Part shown: one piece after another, positions 1 to 8,201 of the stretch
How positions within the stretch are numbered: the stretch's first letter is position 1
How the letters are laid out: the number at the start of each line of letters is the position of its first letter
Source: an uncultured Candidatus Saccharibacteria bacterium
GTDB lineage: Bacteria > Patescibacteriota > Minisyncoccia > Phycocordibacterales > DATDWN01
Length of the DNA: 64,000 nucleotides
Reading direction: 5' to 3'
Assembly: GCA_964616425.1 (NCBI GenBank)
Contig: CAZTQY010000001.1
Span: 23,008-87,007, forward strand
Program-made: the position numbers and the translations under genes
Notes under the pieces: generated by a model
Database searches by the model: none
What the model saw: only the letters and a program-made list of their open reading frames with translations
What the model was told of the DNA's origin: nothing

Positions 1-310
1 CTTTTATAACTAGTCCTGCACCAAGAACAAACTGGAATGGCTCACCTCTTGAGACAGAGCTATCGAAAACTGTTCCATCTACAAACCTTCCAGTGTAGTG
101 CACAACTACCCTATTGCCAGATTCCGCTAAATCACCAGTTCCGATGACTTCATCATTTATTAACAGCCGTGATTGTGTCGACATTGTATTTATATTATTT
201 TCTGAGTTACTAAATATTGAAATTAATGTTTGACCAAAAACAAAGAAGAAACCAACAACAAAGACAGCTATTACTGTTGCTATCCATTCTTTTTGACTTA
301 ATTTTTTCAT
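1..310 (-). CDS. FKBP-type peptidyl-prolyl cis-trans isomerase; 5' part only, gene runs off the left window edge
   Basis: Minus-strand ATG at 308-310. Translation [23 protein letters not shown]...[36 protein letters not shown] matches the FKBP_C signature (VHYxGxxxDGxxFDSS...F.LG). Not in the ORF track because it lacks a stop within the window. Confidence 0.7.
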   Translation of the reverse strand, partial: MKKLSQKEWIATVIAVFVVGFFFVFGQTLISIFSNSENNINTMSTQSRLLINDEVIGTGDLAESGNRVVVHYTGRFVDGTVFDSSVSRGEPFQFVLGAGLVIK

Positions 311-373
311 ATAGATAGTATATTATGCAAAATCTTTAATGTAAATTAGGAAAACTTAGTAAAGACCTATATA

Positions 374-1156
374 ATGCCAAACATGGCAAAACCTAAAAAA
401 GTCGCACCAAAAGCTCCGGATACTTACCCTATGCGTATCAACAAATACCTGGCACACAAAGGCCTGGCTACTCGCACAGGAGTAGATGAACTAATAAAAA
501 GTAATAAAATCCTGATAAACGGAGTTATCGCTAAACTTGGTGACAAAGTAAAAGAAACAGACAAAGTAGAAGTTAGAGGAGTTCATAATAAGAAATATAT
601 TTATCTTGCATACAACAAAGGTATGGGTATTGTTAGCACGAATCCTCAAGGTGACGAGAAAAGTATTATGGACAATGTAAAAGTATCTGCCCTGCCCGCA
701 GATGCTACGCGACCAGCGTTGCAGGCGGGAAAAGTTTTCCCTATTGGTAGACTAGATAAAGAGTCTCATGGACTAATTATCTTAACTGATGATGGACGTG
801 TTACTGATAGACTACTTTCTCCAGACAAAAATCACGAGAAAGAATACTTAGTCAAACTTGATCGCAAATACACACCAGGTTTTGTCAGAAACATGCAAGA
901 AGGTGTGAACCTTACAGATGGCATGACAAAACCAGCCAAAGTTGAAGAGGTTGATGATATACGCTTCAAACTCACATTAACTGAAGGCCGAAATAGACAA
1001 ATACGAAGGATGGCAGAAAAACTAGGTTTTACAGTTAGAGATCTCCAAAGAATCCGGATTCAAAATATTGAACTCGACAAACTACCATTGAACTCTTATA
1101 GAGAAATAAAAGGAGATGAAAAGGCTGAATTTCTTAAAAGTATAGGTCTGGAATAA
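374..1156 (+). CDS. Pseudouridine synthase, RsuA/RluB family (S4 domain plus PSU catalytic domain)
   Basis: N-terminal S4-like MRINKYLAHKGLATRTGVDELIK. Catalytic motif PIGRLDKESHGLIILTDDG. The gene carries an in-frame 13-aa GC-rich insert (LPADATRPALQAGK) at nt 692-729. Confidence 0.8.
   Translation: MPNMAKPKKVAPKAPDTYPMRINKYLAHKGLATRTGVDELIKSNKILINGVIAKLGDKVKETDKVEVRGVHNKKYIYLAYNKGMGIVSTNPQGDEKSIMDNVKVSALPADATRPALQAGKVFPIGRLDKESHGLIILTDDGRVTDRLLSPDKNHEKEYLVKLDRKYTPGFVRNMQEGVNLTDGMTKPAKVEEVDDIRFKLTLTEGRNRQIRRMAEKLGFTVRDLQRIRIQNIELDKLPLNSYREIKGDEKAEFLKSIGLE
692..729 (+). repeat. 38-bp GC-rich imperfect-palindromic element inserted in-frame (copy 1)
   Basis: Sequence is ctgcccgcagatgctacgc-gacca-gcgttgcaggcggg. 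It is identical to the 2202-2239 copy on the opposite strand except for the 5-nt centre. It encodes LPADATRPALQAG. Confidence 0.7.
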
Positions 1157-1195
1157 GTTCTTGCAGTAATACCATTACCAAAGTAAAATAAAAGC

Positions 1196-1984
1196 ATGTC
1201 AGAAGATCAAATCACAGTAGTTTCTCAAAATGAACCAGTTATAGAAATACCGATAGACGTCGAAAAGGAAGTTATAAATGTTCCCCCAAAAGAATCCCCA
1301 GTAGAAATACTTACGAGACAGGAACTCCATGATACCGCAGTAGAAAGAGTACATTTAATATCAAAAGAGTTTACTGATGCATTTAACTTTTTAAGAAAAT
1401 ATCCTAAATCTGTAACATTTTTTGGAGGTAGCCATTTTAAAGAATCAGACAAGGAATATCACAAAGCACATGAACTTGGTGCAAAAATCGCCAACGAACT
1501 AAGTTACTCAGTTGTTACAGGTGGAGGTCCTGGGATAATGGAAGCAGCAAACAGAGGAGCATTTGAAAGTGAAGGTCAATCTATTGGATTAACAATCGAA
1601 CTATCCAAGCATCAAATAAAAAATGCTTATTTAACCGACAACTTAGATTTTTACTATTTCTTTAGTAGAAAAGTTTGCTTGTCATTTTCAGCGGAGGCAT
1701 ATGTATTTTTCCCAGGTGGTTTCGGAACTTTTGATGAATTCTTTGAAATTGTAACATTGGTACAAACTAAAAAAATAGAGAGAGTTCCAATAATATGTGT
1801 GGGGTCAGATTTTTGGAGTCCATTTCATGAACTAATGAAAAAAGAAATGTTGTCTCGCGGAACTATCGGCGAAGACGACTTGGAACTATATAAAATATTA
1901 GATGATACAGATGAGATAATTAAAGCTATTAAAAACTCTCCAGTCAAAAATGGAATAAAGTTTAACCACAACGCTCACCAATAA
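1196..1984 (+). CDS. LOG-family protein (cytokinin riboside 5'-monophosphate phosphoribohydrolase-like, TIGR00730 family)
   Basis: Motifs VVTGGGPGIMEAANRGA and PGGFGTFDEFFE are diagnostic of the LOG/YvdD Rossmann-fold family. Confidence 0.8.
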   Translation: MSEDQITVVSQNEPVIEIPIDVEKEVINVPPKESPVEILTRQELHDTAVERVHLISKEFTDAFNFLRKYPKSVTFFGGSHFKESDKEYHKAHELGAKIANELSYSVVTGGGPGIMEAANRGAFESEGQSIGLTIELSKHQIKNAYLTDNLDFYYFFSRKVCLSFSAEAYVFFPGGFGTFDEFFEIVTLVQTKKIERVPIICVGSDFWSPFHELMKKEMLSRGTIGEDDLELYKILDDTDEIIKAIKNSPVKNGIKFNHNAHQ

Positions 1985-1987
1985 AAT

Positions 1988-2015
1988 AACCCGCCAAATG
2001 GCGGGTTATTTTATT
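1988..2015. terminator. Bidirectional rho-independent terminator between the convergent LOG and xseB genes
   Basis: Hairpin aacccgcc-aaat-ggcgggtt, with a T-run on the plus strand and an A/T-rich tail on the minus strand. Confidence 0.7.
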
Positions 2016-2265
2016 TCTGTATCTCTTTCTTTATCTCCTTGAATTCGTTTTCGATTTCAGAAAGTCGTTCTCGAGATGTTTTTATCAACTCTGCGCCCTC
2101 TTTTACATACTCTAGACCCTTTTCAACGTCTAGTTCTGACTGAGACTCAAACCATGAAACAATTTCAGCAAGTTTCTTTAGAGAATCTTTTAAATTTGCC
2201 CCCGCCTGCAACGCTTTATGCGTAGCATCTGCGGGCAGGTCACCTATAGTTTTTTTTGTTACCAT
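2011..2265 (-). CDS. xseB: Exodeoxyribonuclease VII small subunit
   Basis: Core LKDSLKKLAEIVSWFESQSELDVEKGLEYVKEGAELIKTSRERL is the typical XseB helical hairpin. It lies immediately upstream of xseA. The N-terminus carries the in-frame GC-rich insert LPADATHKALQAG. Confidence 0.8.
   Translation of the reverse strand: MVTKKTIGDLPADATHKALQAGANLKDSLKKLAEIVSWFESQSELDVEKGLEYVKEGAELIKTSRERLSEIENEFKEIKKEIQK
2202..2239 (-). repeat. 38-bp GC-rich imperfect-palindromic element inserted in-frame (copy 2, reverse orientation)
   Basis: Reverse complement is ctgcccgcagatgctacgc-ataaa-gcgttgcaggcggg. It is read in the same relative orientation as copy 1 and encodes LPADATHKALQAG within xseB. Confidence 0.7.
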
Positions 2266-2266
2266 A

Positions 2267-3430
2267 TTATTTTGTTATTGCCTTTATAATACCGTCTTTA
2301 ACTGATACGTCCAGCTCCTCTCCACTTTTTACATCCTTTATACTTTTTACTATTTTACCACCAACTTTTACAATACTATATCCATATGCCAACTGTCTTT
2401 CAGGATTTGAGATATCTAGCATTTTTTTTGACTGAGTAATGAAATCCATACTATTTTCTAACATGGTAGAGAATGCCCTAACTATTTCAATACCAATGTT
2501 CGAAACTCGATCAGAAACTCTTTTTATACTACTTTCCATATGAACAATAGAATTTTCAACCGCAGACTGTTTTTCTTTTAGCACAGCTTGAAACTTTGAA
2601 AAAATTCTTTCTTCACCAAGTTTTACCAGAGACAATGCATCATTCCAAGTTGAGTTGAGTAGATTTGCAACAGCAGTTGGTGTTGAAACATTTCTATCAG
2701 AAACCATTGAGACCAAAGGTTCATCCTTATCGTGACCGATTCCAGTTAAAACAGGTACTGGGAAATCAGCTACAGCACGAACCAAAACTTCGTTATTAAA
2801 TGCCTGAAATGACTCCAGAGAACCACCCCCTCTCATTATCACAAGTACATCAATATCTTTGGTTTTAAGGGTATCTATGGCCCCCAGAAGGTCCTTTATA
2901 GCATCCACACCTTCCACTTTTGAATCAACAAAAAGTATCTCATAACCAAACTTACCTATGTTAGTTAAAAAGTCGTTTATTACCGCTCCGCTCTTTGAAG
3001 TTATAACCCCTACTTTATGCGGATACATAGGTATCTCTCTTTTTTTTGTAACAGCAAATAAACCCTCTTTTTCAAGTTTTAGTTTTAACTGATCATATGC
3101 CATTTTCAAAGCGCCTTCACCAACCAACTCAACAGACTCTATTTGCATTGTCAGACCTCCGTTTGGTTTATAAATACTTGGGTAAGCAGTTACTATCACC
3201 TCTAGGCCATCTTTCAAGGCCACTCCTGACAGAGTAAAATCCCTCTTCCACATAAAACACTTTAGAGTCGATTGGTCTTTTGTATCTTTTATATTGAAAT
3301 ATAGATACGAACGACCTTCATACATCTGAACTCCAGAAACTTCACCAATGATTCTCGCACCCTCTTGTTTTAAAGTAGAGTTTAACTTATCTAAATATAA
3401 ACTAACTGAAATAATATCTTTATCTTTCAT
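2267..3430 (-). CDS. xseA: Exodeoxyribonuclease VII large subunit
   Basis: N-terminal OB-fold region. Catalytic-domain motifs GGGSLESFQAFNNEVLVRAVADFPVPVLTGIGHDKD are characteristic of XseA. It overlaps xseB by 1 nt, an operon arrangement. Confidence 0.85.
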   Translation of the reverse strand: MKDKDIISVSLYLDKLNSTLKQEGARIIGEVSGVQMYEGRSYLYFNIKDTKDQSTLKCFMWKRDFTLSGVALKDGLEVIVTAYPSIYKPNGGLTMQIESVELVGEGALKMAYDQLKLKLEKEGLFAVTKKREIPMYPHKVGVITSKSGAVINDFLTNIGKFGYEILFVDSKVEGVDAIKDLLGAIDTLKTKDIDVLVIMRGGGSLESFQAFNNEVLVRAVADFPVPVLTGIGHDKDEPLVSMVSDRNVSTPTAVANLLNSTWNDALSLVKLGEERIFSKFQAVLKEKQSAVENSIVHMESSIKRVSDRVSNIGIEIVRAFSTMLENSMDFITQSKKMLDISNPERQLAYGYSIVKVGGKIVKSIKDVKSGEELDVSVKDGIIKAITK

Positions 3431-4034
3431 TTTTTCTCTTTATAGCCATTACATATTCGTATATTGATGGAGAAAGTGAAACCAATATAATCAAAATAAC
3501 CATATAGTGTAGATATTTTTCAACGCCAGGAATAGTTCTGCCCAAATAAAAACCAATCGTTGTTATGCCTATTGTCCAAAGCACCCCTCCGATAAGAGAA
3601 TCTCGATTAAATTTCTTAAATGGCATCTTTACTGCACCAGCAAATGTTGGAGAAAAAGATCTAACAATTGGAACAAAACGACCTATGATTATAGTTTTGT
3701 CACCGTATTTATCATAAAACTCTTTTGTGTATTCTAGATGCTTTTTTTTGAACCAATACCTGTCATTGCTTTTCAATATAAAGTCACGAAGTCTCTCTCC
3801 CATAAAGTAACTAAAATTGTAACCCAAAATACTAGCTACAAATAAACTAGTCAAAAGTAGTGGCATATTAAAATAACCCTGGGAAGCAAGAAAACCTGTC
3901 GTAAATAATAGAGAATCACCTGGAAGATAAAATGTCATCGGAAATGACTCGAGAAATATGATCAAAAATAAAATAAAATAAGCATAATAGCCAACATCCT
4001 TTATAAGGTTTATTAAATGTTCCATGAAGGACAT
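3420..4034 (-). CDS. DedA/SNARE-associated (VTT-domain) membrane protein
   Basis: Multi-TM protein with DedA-family motifs (FLESFPMTFYLPGDSLLFTTGFL, GRFVPIVRSFSPTFAGA). The track ORF extends to 4115, but a start at MSFMEHL (4034) is more plausible because the upstream part overlaps a 14-bp inverted repeat. Confidence 0.7.
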   Translation of the reverse strand: MSFMEHLINLIKDVGYYAYFILFLIIFLESFPMTFYLPGDSLLFTTGFLASQGYFNMPLLLTSLFVASILGYNFSYFMGERLRDFILKSNDRYWFKKKHLEYTKEFYDKYGDKTIIIGRFVPIVRSFSPTFAGAVKMPFKKFNRDSLIGGVLWTIGITTIGFYLGRTIPGVEKYLHYMVILIILVSLSPSIYEYVMAIKRKNER

Positions 4035-4060
4035 TGTAATAGAAATTTTACATAAAGGAA

Positions 4061-4108
4061 ACTCCGCACGTTTTGACGGAACGTGGAAGTCCCCAAAACG
4101 TGCGGAGT
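4061..4108. terminator. Perfect 14-bp inverted repeat (actccgcacgtttt / aaaacgtgcggagt) with a 20-nt loop. Likely terminator of the small GC-rich peptide gene and 5' UTR structure of the DedA gene
   Basis: Seen directly. It lies between the stop of the 4127-4257 gene and the DedA start. Confidence 0.5.
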
Positions 4109-4126
4109 GAACCAAACTGCGACCGA

Positions 4127-4257
4127 CTAGGCGTTGAGCATCATTGCGACTCCAATGATGACCAGGACGACGAGCAGGACGACCCAGAGCTTTCCTGAGT
4201 GTCGTTCGCTGGTCGAAGTCGTACCAGTCTCCACTGACGATCTTGAAATTGAGTTCA
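4127..4257 (-). CDS. Small GC-rich gene encoding a 43-aa peptide with a C-terminal transmembrane helix (toxin-like, tail-anchored). Function unknown
   Basis: Encodes MNSISRSSVETGTTSTSERHSGKLWVVLLVVLVIIGVAMMLNA. A strong SD (gggagga) sits 4 nt before the ATG. Uses GC-rich codons unlike the neighbours. The longer track ORF 4127-4330 has no RBS at its start. Confidence 0.4.
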
Positions 4258-4365
4258 TACCGTCCTCCCTATATAAAATACTAGACCTTTTGAAATCTAG
4301 AGTCAACAATAAAACCTTATGGTTTAACATAAGGCTTTATTGTGTTTAATATGTTTTTATGACAG

Positions 4366-5634
4366 TTACTCGATGAATGTAAGTGCTTTGCCTTTCTTTC
4401 CAGCTCGTCCTGTTCGGCCTATTCGGTGCACATAGTCCTCATATGTAGCTGGAATATCGAAGTTAATAACATGAGATACTCCAGAGATATCCAAACCTCT
4501 AGCAGCAACATCTGTCGCAACTAATACCTGAGCTTTATCATCTTTGAAAGTTTTAAGTGCTCTCTGTCGCGCTGACTGATTTTTATCACCATGAATAGAC
4601 TCAGCCTTGAAACCACGCGCATTTAACATTGTTGTTAGTTTTTCAACTCCATGCTTTGTTCTTCCGAAAATCAGAACTTTGCTGAACTCTGGCTGTACAA
4701 GCATTGTATGTAAAATATCAAGCTTATTGTCGCCTCTGTTTACTCTCACAACATCCTGATCAACATTTTTTGATGTATCTTGTGTTTTTACAGATATCAT
4801 TACTGGATTTTTCAAGAAATCTTTTATAAGTGCAGAAATCTCTGGAGAAAGAGTCGCAGAGAAAAACAGAGTATGTCTATCTTTTGGCATCATAGCCATC
4901 ATGAACTTCATATCGTTTATGAAACCCATGTCTAGCATTCTGTCAGCTTCATCCAAAACAACTGTTTTGAAATATGAGAGATTTAAAACTTTTCTTTCGA
5001 TAAGATCCTTTAGTCTTCCTGGCGTACCTATAACAAACTCGTTTCTATATCTTAGTTGTCGTATTTGTGAACCTATTGGTGCACCTCCAACACAAACAAC
5101 AGAGTACAATTGCAAGCCTTTTATAAAATCCTTTAGTTCATCCTCTATCTGTATTGCAAGTTCACGTGTAGGACACATGATGAGTATGTTTTCTGTTGGA
5201 TTTGAAAGCACTTTGTGAATAAGTGGTATAAGAAAAGCTGCAGTTTTACCTGTACCAGTGTTTGCAATACCAACAACATCCTCACCTTTTAGTATATGCG
5301 GAATAGCCCGATCTTGGATCGGAGATGGGTCAACATAACCTTTTGTTATGATGTTATTTTTTAATCTTTCATCTATAAGAAAATCTGAGAACTTGTGCTC
5401 AGGCACAAATTGCTCAACAGTTTCAGTTATAACTGCTTTGTTAACAAACTTTGATGGATGGATACTTTGTGAAGCACCTCGGCCTCTACCACCTCCACCT
5501 CTGTTTCCTCCACGTACTGGGAACCTTGAACGTCCTCCAGAAGTAGAACCGTAAGCGCTACGAGTAGGTCTTCCTGAAAAGGAAGGTTTCTTAAATGTCC
5601 GCGAAAGGACACCTTTTTGTATTTTTGATTGCAT
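4366..5634 (-). CDS. DEAD-box ATP-dependent RNA helicase with an N-terminal RGG-rich region
   Basis: Q-motif/Walker A NTGTGKTAAF, DEAD box VLDEADRMLDMGF, SAT, and HRIGRTGRAG motif VI. N-terminal GGRSRFPVRGGNRGGGGRGRG low-complexity segment. Confidence 0.9.
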   Translation of the reverse strand: MQSKIQKGVLSRTFKKPSFSGRPTRSAYGSTSGGRSRFPVRGGNRGGGGRGRGASQSIHPSKFVNKAVITETVEQFVPEHKFSDFLIDERLKNNIITKGYVDPSPIQDRAIPHILKGEDVVGIANTGTGKTAAFLIPLIHKVLSNPTENILIMCPTRELAIQIEDELKDFIKGLQLYSVVCVGGAPIGSQIRQLRYRNEFVIGTPGRLKDLIERKVLNLSYFKTVVLDEADRMLDMGFINDMKFMMAMMPKDRHTLFFSATLSPEISALIKDFLKNPVMISVKTQDTSKNVDQDVVRVNRGDNKLDILHTMLVQPEFSKVLIFGRTKHGVEKLTTMLNARGFKAESIHGDKNQSARQRALKTFKDDKAQVLVATDVAARGLDISGVSHVINFDIPATYEDYVHRIGRTGRAGKKGKALTFIE

Positions 5635-5740
5635 TTAATTAATTGAGTGTGAGCCCGAAGGTCTCTCCATCTCAAGTTAATAAATAAAGTAGAGAAGACT
5701 CAATATGTCAACTATATACTAATTAGCCTCGTTTGTCAAA

Positions 5741-6250
5741 TTATCTAAACAGTGCCCAGGATTTTTTTGCATGATCCAGATAGTGGTCCAAACCAATCAT
5801 TCCAGCCGTTTTATGAGCAAGCATTAATAGTATTGCCAAAACCAAAAGTTGTGGATTTGTACTCACAGTTCCAGCCAAGAGATAATTCAAATTCATAAAT
5901 GCACCAAAGAATGATGCTACAAAAGTTAACGCTCCAAATATAAGTCCAAGTCCAACCAATATCTCTCCATATGTTATCGCATGAGACCAAATGTTCGCGT
6001 ACGGCAAAACTGCGTGTTGTAGAAACCATGCATACCACATTGAAACATCAGGATGCAGACCAGTAGTTTTTGTAAGAGCCCCATTTACGAATCCAGTTAT
6101 TCCAACTCCAGCTTTTTCCCCTACCCAAACAGGATTTATCAACTTTTCATAACCAGCATAAAGCCATTCCCAACCAACACATACTCTGACTATAAGCCAA
6201 ACAAAAGACAGTTTAGGGTTAGCAAAAATAGTATTTAGAAAAGTTTTCAT
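5741..6250 (-). CDS. DoxX-family membrane protein
   Basis: Four-TM protein. VWLIVRVCVGWEWLYAGYEKL and HAITYGEILVGLGLIFG are typical DoxX. Confidence 0.7.
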   Translation of the reverse strand: MKTFLNTIFANPKLSFVWLIVRVCVGWEWLYAGYEKLINPVWVGEKAGVGITGFVNGALTKTTGLHPDVSMWYAWFLQHAVLPYANIWSHAITYGEILVGLGLIFGALTFVASFFGAFMNLNYLLAGTVSTNPQLLVLAILLMLAHKTAGMIGLDHYLDHAKKSWALFR

Positions 6251-6328
6251 ATTTGATTAAATAAATTAATAATTAGTTTCCTTGCAATATTAATTATATC
6301 AAGGTTTAATTCAATAGATACAAAACTT

Positions 6329-7579
6329 ATGCACAAACATACTGAAACAGAATGGGATGTAGTTGTAATCGGTGGAGGTCCAGCGGGAATGATGACTGCA
6401 GGCAGAGCCGGATCTCTTGGAAAAAAAGTACTTCTTATCGAAAAAAATGAATCCCTTGGAAAAAAACTCTTGATAACTGGAGGTGGCAGGTGCAATGTAA
6501 CAAATGCTGAACAAGAACTACGGGTTCTACTTTCAAAGTTCAAAGACTCTGACAAATTTCTTTTTTCAGCTTTTTCTCAGTTTGGAATTAAAGATACTTT
6601 AGATTTTTTCAACTCCAGAGGGATGGAGACAAAAGTTGAAGCAAACAATAGAGTCTTCCCTATTTCTAACAAAGCTGAATCCGTATGGAATGTACTACTT
6701 CAATATCTAAAAACGAACAATGTTGTAGTGCAATCAAATTGTACTGTTACAGGTTTTGAAAAAAATGGTGAAAAAATAACGAATATTGTTTTAAAAGACA
6801 AACAAAAAATCTATGCTAAGTCATTTGTACTATCAACTGGAGGCAAATCTCACCCAGAAACGGGATCAACAGGCGACGGTTTCAAATGGTTATCTGAACT
6901 TGGTCATAAAGTAACAGAACCTACTGCATCATTAGTACCTATTTCTGTTGATGATGCATGGGTAAAAACCCTGCAAGGCGTGAGTCTTGAAAATGTAAAA
7001 ATTACAGTTCTTCAAAACGAAGTAAAACAAGAAGTTAAAAAAGGTAAAATTCTTTTTACACATTTTGGATTATCTGGCCCTACAATACTTAACCTCAGCG
7101 GTGAAGTTGGAGAACTTTTGAAATACGGTGATGTTTTTCTTTCACTCGACGCTCTTCCAGATCTCGACTATGGACAACTCAACTTGAGACTACAAGACAT
7201 TTTCAAAGAAAAGAGTAATAAAAAATTTAAAAACACTTTGGATTCACTCCTCCCATTTGCTTTAGCACCAGTGTTAGTGGCGCTGTCTGGAATAGATGGA
7301 GATAAACCTTCTCACAGCATAACTAGAGAAGAAAGACTGCATCTAGTTCATGTTTTGAAGGATTTACGAGTAAAAGTTACTGGGCTACTAGGTGAAGATA
7401 AAGCAATAGTGACTTCAGGAGGAGTTTCTCTAGAAGAAGTAAACTTTAAAACTATGTCGTCTAAACTTTATTCAAATCTATATCTTGTTGGTGACATACT
7501 CAATATCGATAGACCAAGTGGTGGGTATAGTTTACAACTGTGTTGGACAACTGGTTTTGTGGCAGGAACTAGTGCCTAG
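6329..7579 (+). CDS. BaiN/HI0933-like NAD(P)/FAD-dependent flavoprotein
   Basis: N-terminal dinucleotide fold DVVVIGGGPAGMMTAGRAG. LITGGGRCNVTN motif and overall HI0933-like architecture. Confidence 0.8.
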   Translation: MHKHTETEWDVVVIGGGPAGMMTAGRAGSLGKKVLLIEKNESLGKKLLITGGGRCNVTNAEQELRVLLSKFKDSDKFLFSAFSQFGIKDTLDFFNSRGMETKVEANNRVFPISNKAESVWNVLLQYLKTNNVVVQSNCTVTGFEKNGEKITNIVLKDKQKIYAKSFVLSTGGKSHPETGSTGDGFKWLSELGHKVTEPTASLVPISVDDAWVKTLQGVSLENVKITVLQNEVKQEVKKGKILFTHFGLSGPTILNLSGEVGELLKYGDVFLSLDALPDLDYGQLNLRLQDIFKEKSNKKFKNTLDSLLPFALAPVLVALSGIDGDKPSHSITREERLHLVHVLKDLRVKVTGLLGEDKAIVTSGGVSLEEVNFKTMSSKLYSNLYLVGDILNIDRPSGGYSLQLCWTTGFVAGTSA

Positions 7580-8077
7580 CTATTTTATATGGATAGTTTT
7601 TAGTTCCATTACAAGCTTTTCATAATTAGGCAAAGTTTCTCCAACCAAATCCCAAAACTTTTGTGAGTGATTAAACTGACCTCTGTGACATAACTCATGG
7701 ACAATAACATAGTCAGCAAGATGTGGTGATAACAAAGCAATCTTGTAGTTAAAGTTTAGATTGCCTTTACTAGAGCAACTCCCCCAACGACTTCTTTGAT
7801 TTCGTATAGAAACTTTTCCATAAGATAATTTGTAATGTAGGTTAAAAAATTCTAAACGATTATAAGCAAGCTCACGGGCTTTCTCTTTATACTCCAAATA
7901 CTTTTTAGAAGGTAATTTTCTTTTTACCACTCTACGTCTGACTCTTTTAAAATAGAAAAACATTTTTTTCATGTTATAGAAAGATAACACATATCCACGT
8001 AAAATCGAATTAACTATTTTTAGAGCCTTGCACAGGAAATTAGAAAACAACGACGAACGGAAAGAAGACTGAAGCAC
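7580..8077 (-). CDS. YgjP-like (DUF45 / WLM-type) zinc metallohydrolase
   Basis: HEXXH motif in VIVHELCHRGQFNHSQKFW. The start may be the internal M (MKKMFF, about 7972). Confidence 0.6.
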   Translation of the reverse strand: MLQSSFRSSLFSNFLCKALKIVNSILRGYVLSFYNMKKMFFYFKRVRRRVVKRKLPSKKYLEYKEKARELAYNRLEFFNLHYKLSYGKVSIRNQRSRWGSCSSKGNLNFNYKIALLSPHLADYVIVHELCHRGQFNHSQKFWDLVGETLPNYEKLVMELKTIHIK

Positions 8078-8201
8078 TGTTTGAACGTAGTGAGTTTGCG
8101 AGAAGTCTCTGGAGTGAGGACGATTGTTTTCTTGATTTGCGAGCAGAGCAAAAACTCAGCAGAGTTTTATGCGAGCTGTAAAAATAGTTAATTCGTAAAA
8201 T

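Noticed and set aside
1225-1452. 75-aa antisense ORF within the LOG gene
   Set aside because: Antisense to a well-supported CDS.
4134-4349. Plus-strand 71-aa ORF overlapping the small GC-rich peptide gene
   Set aside because: No RBS. The minus-strand reading has a strong SD and a coherent TM peptide. The plus-strand product has no features.
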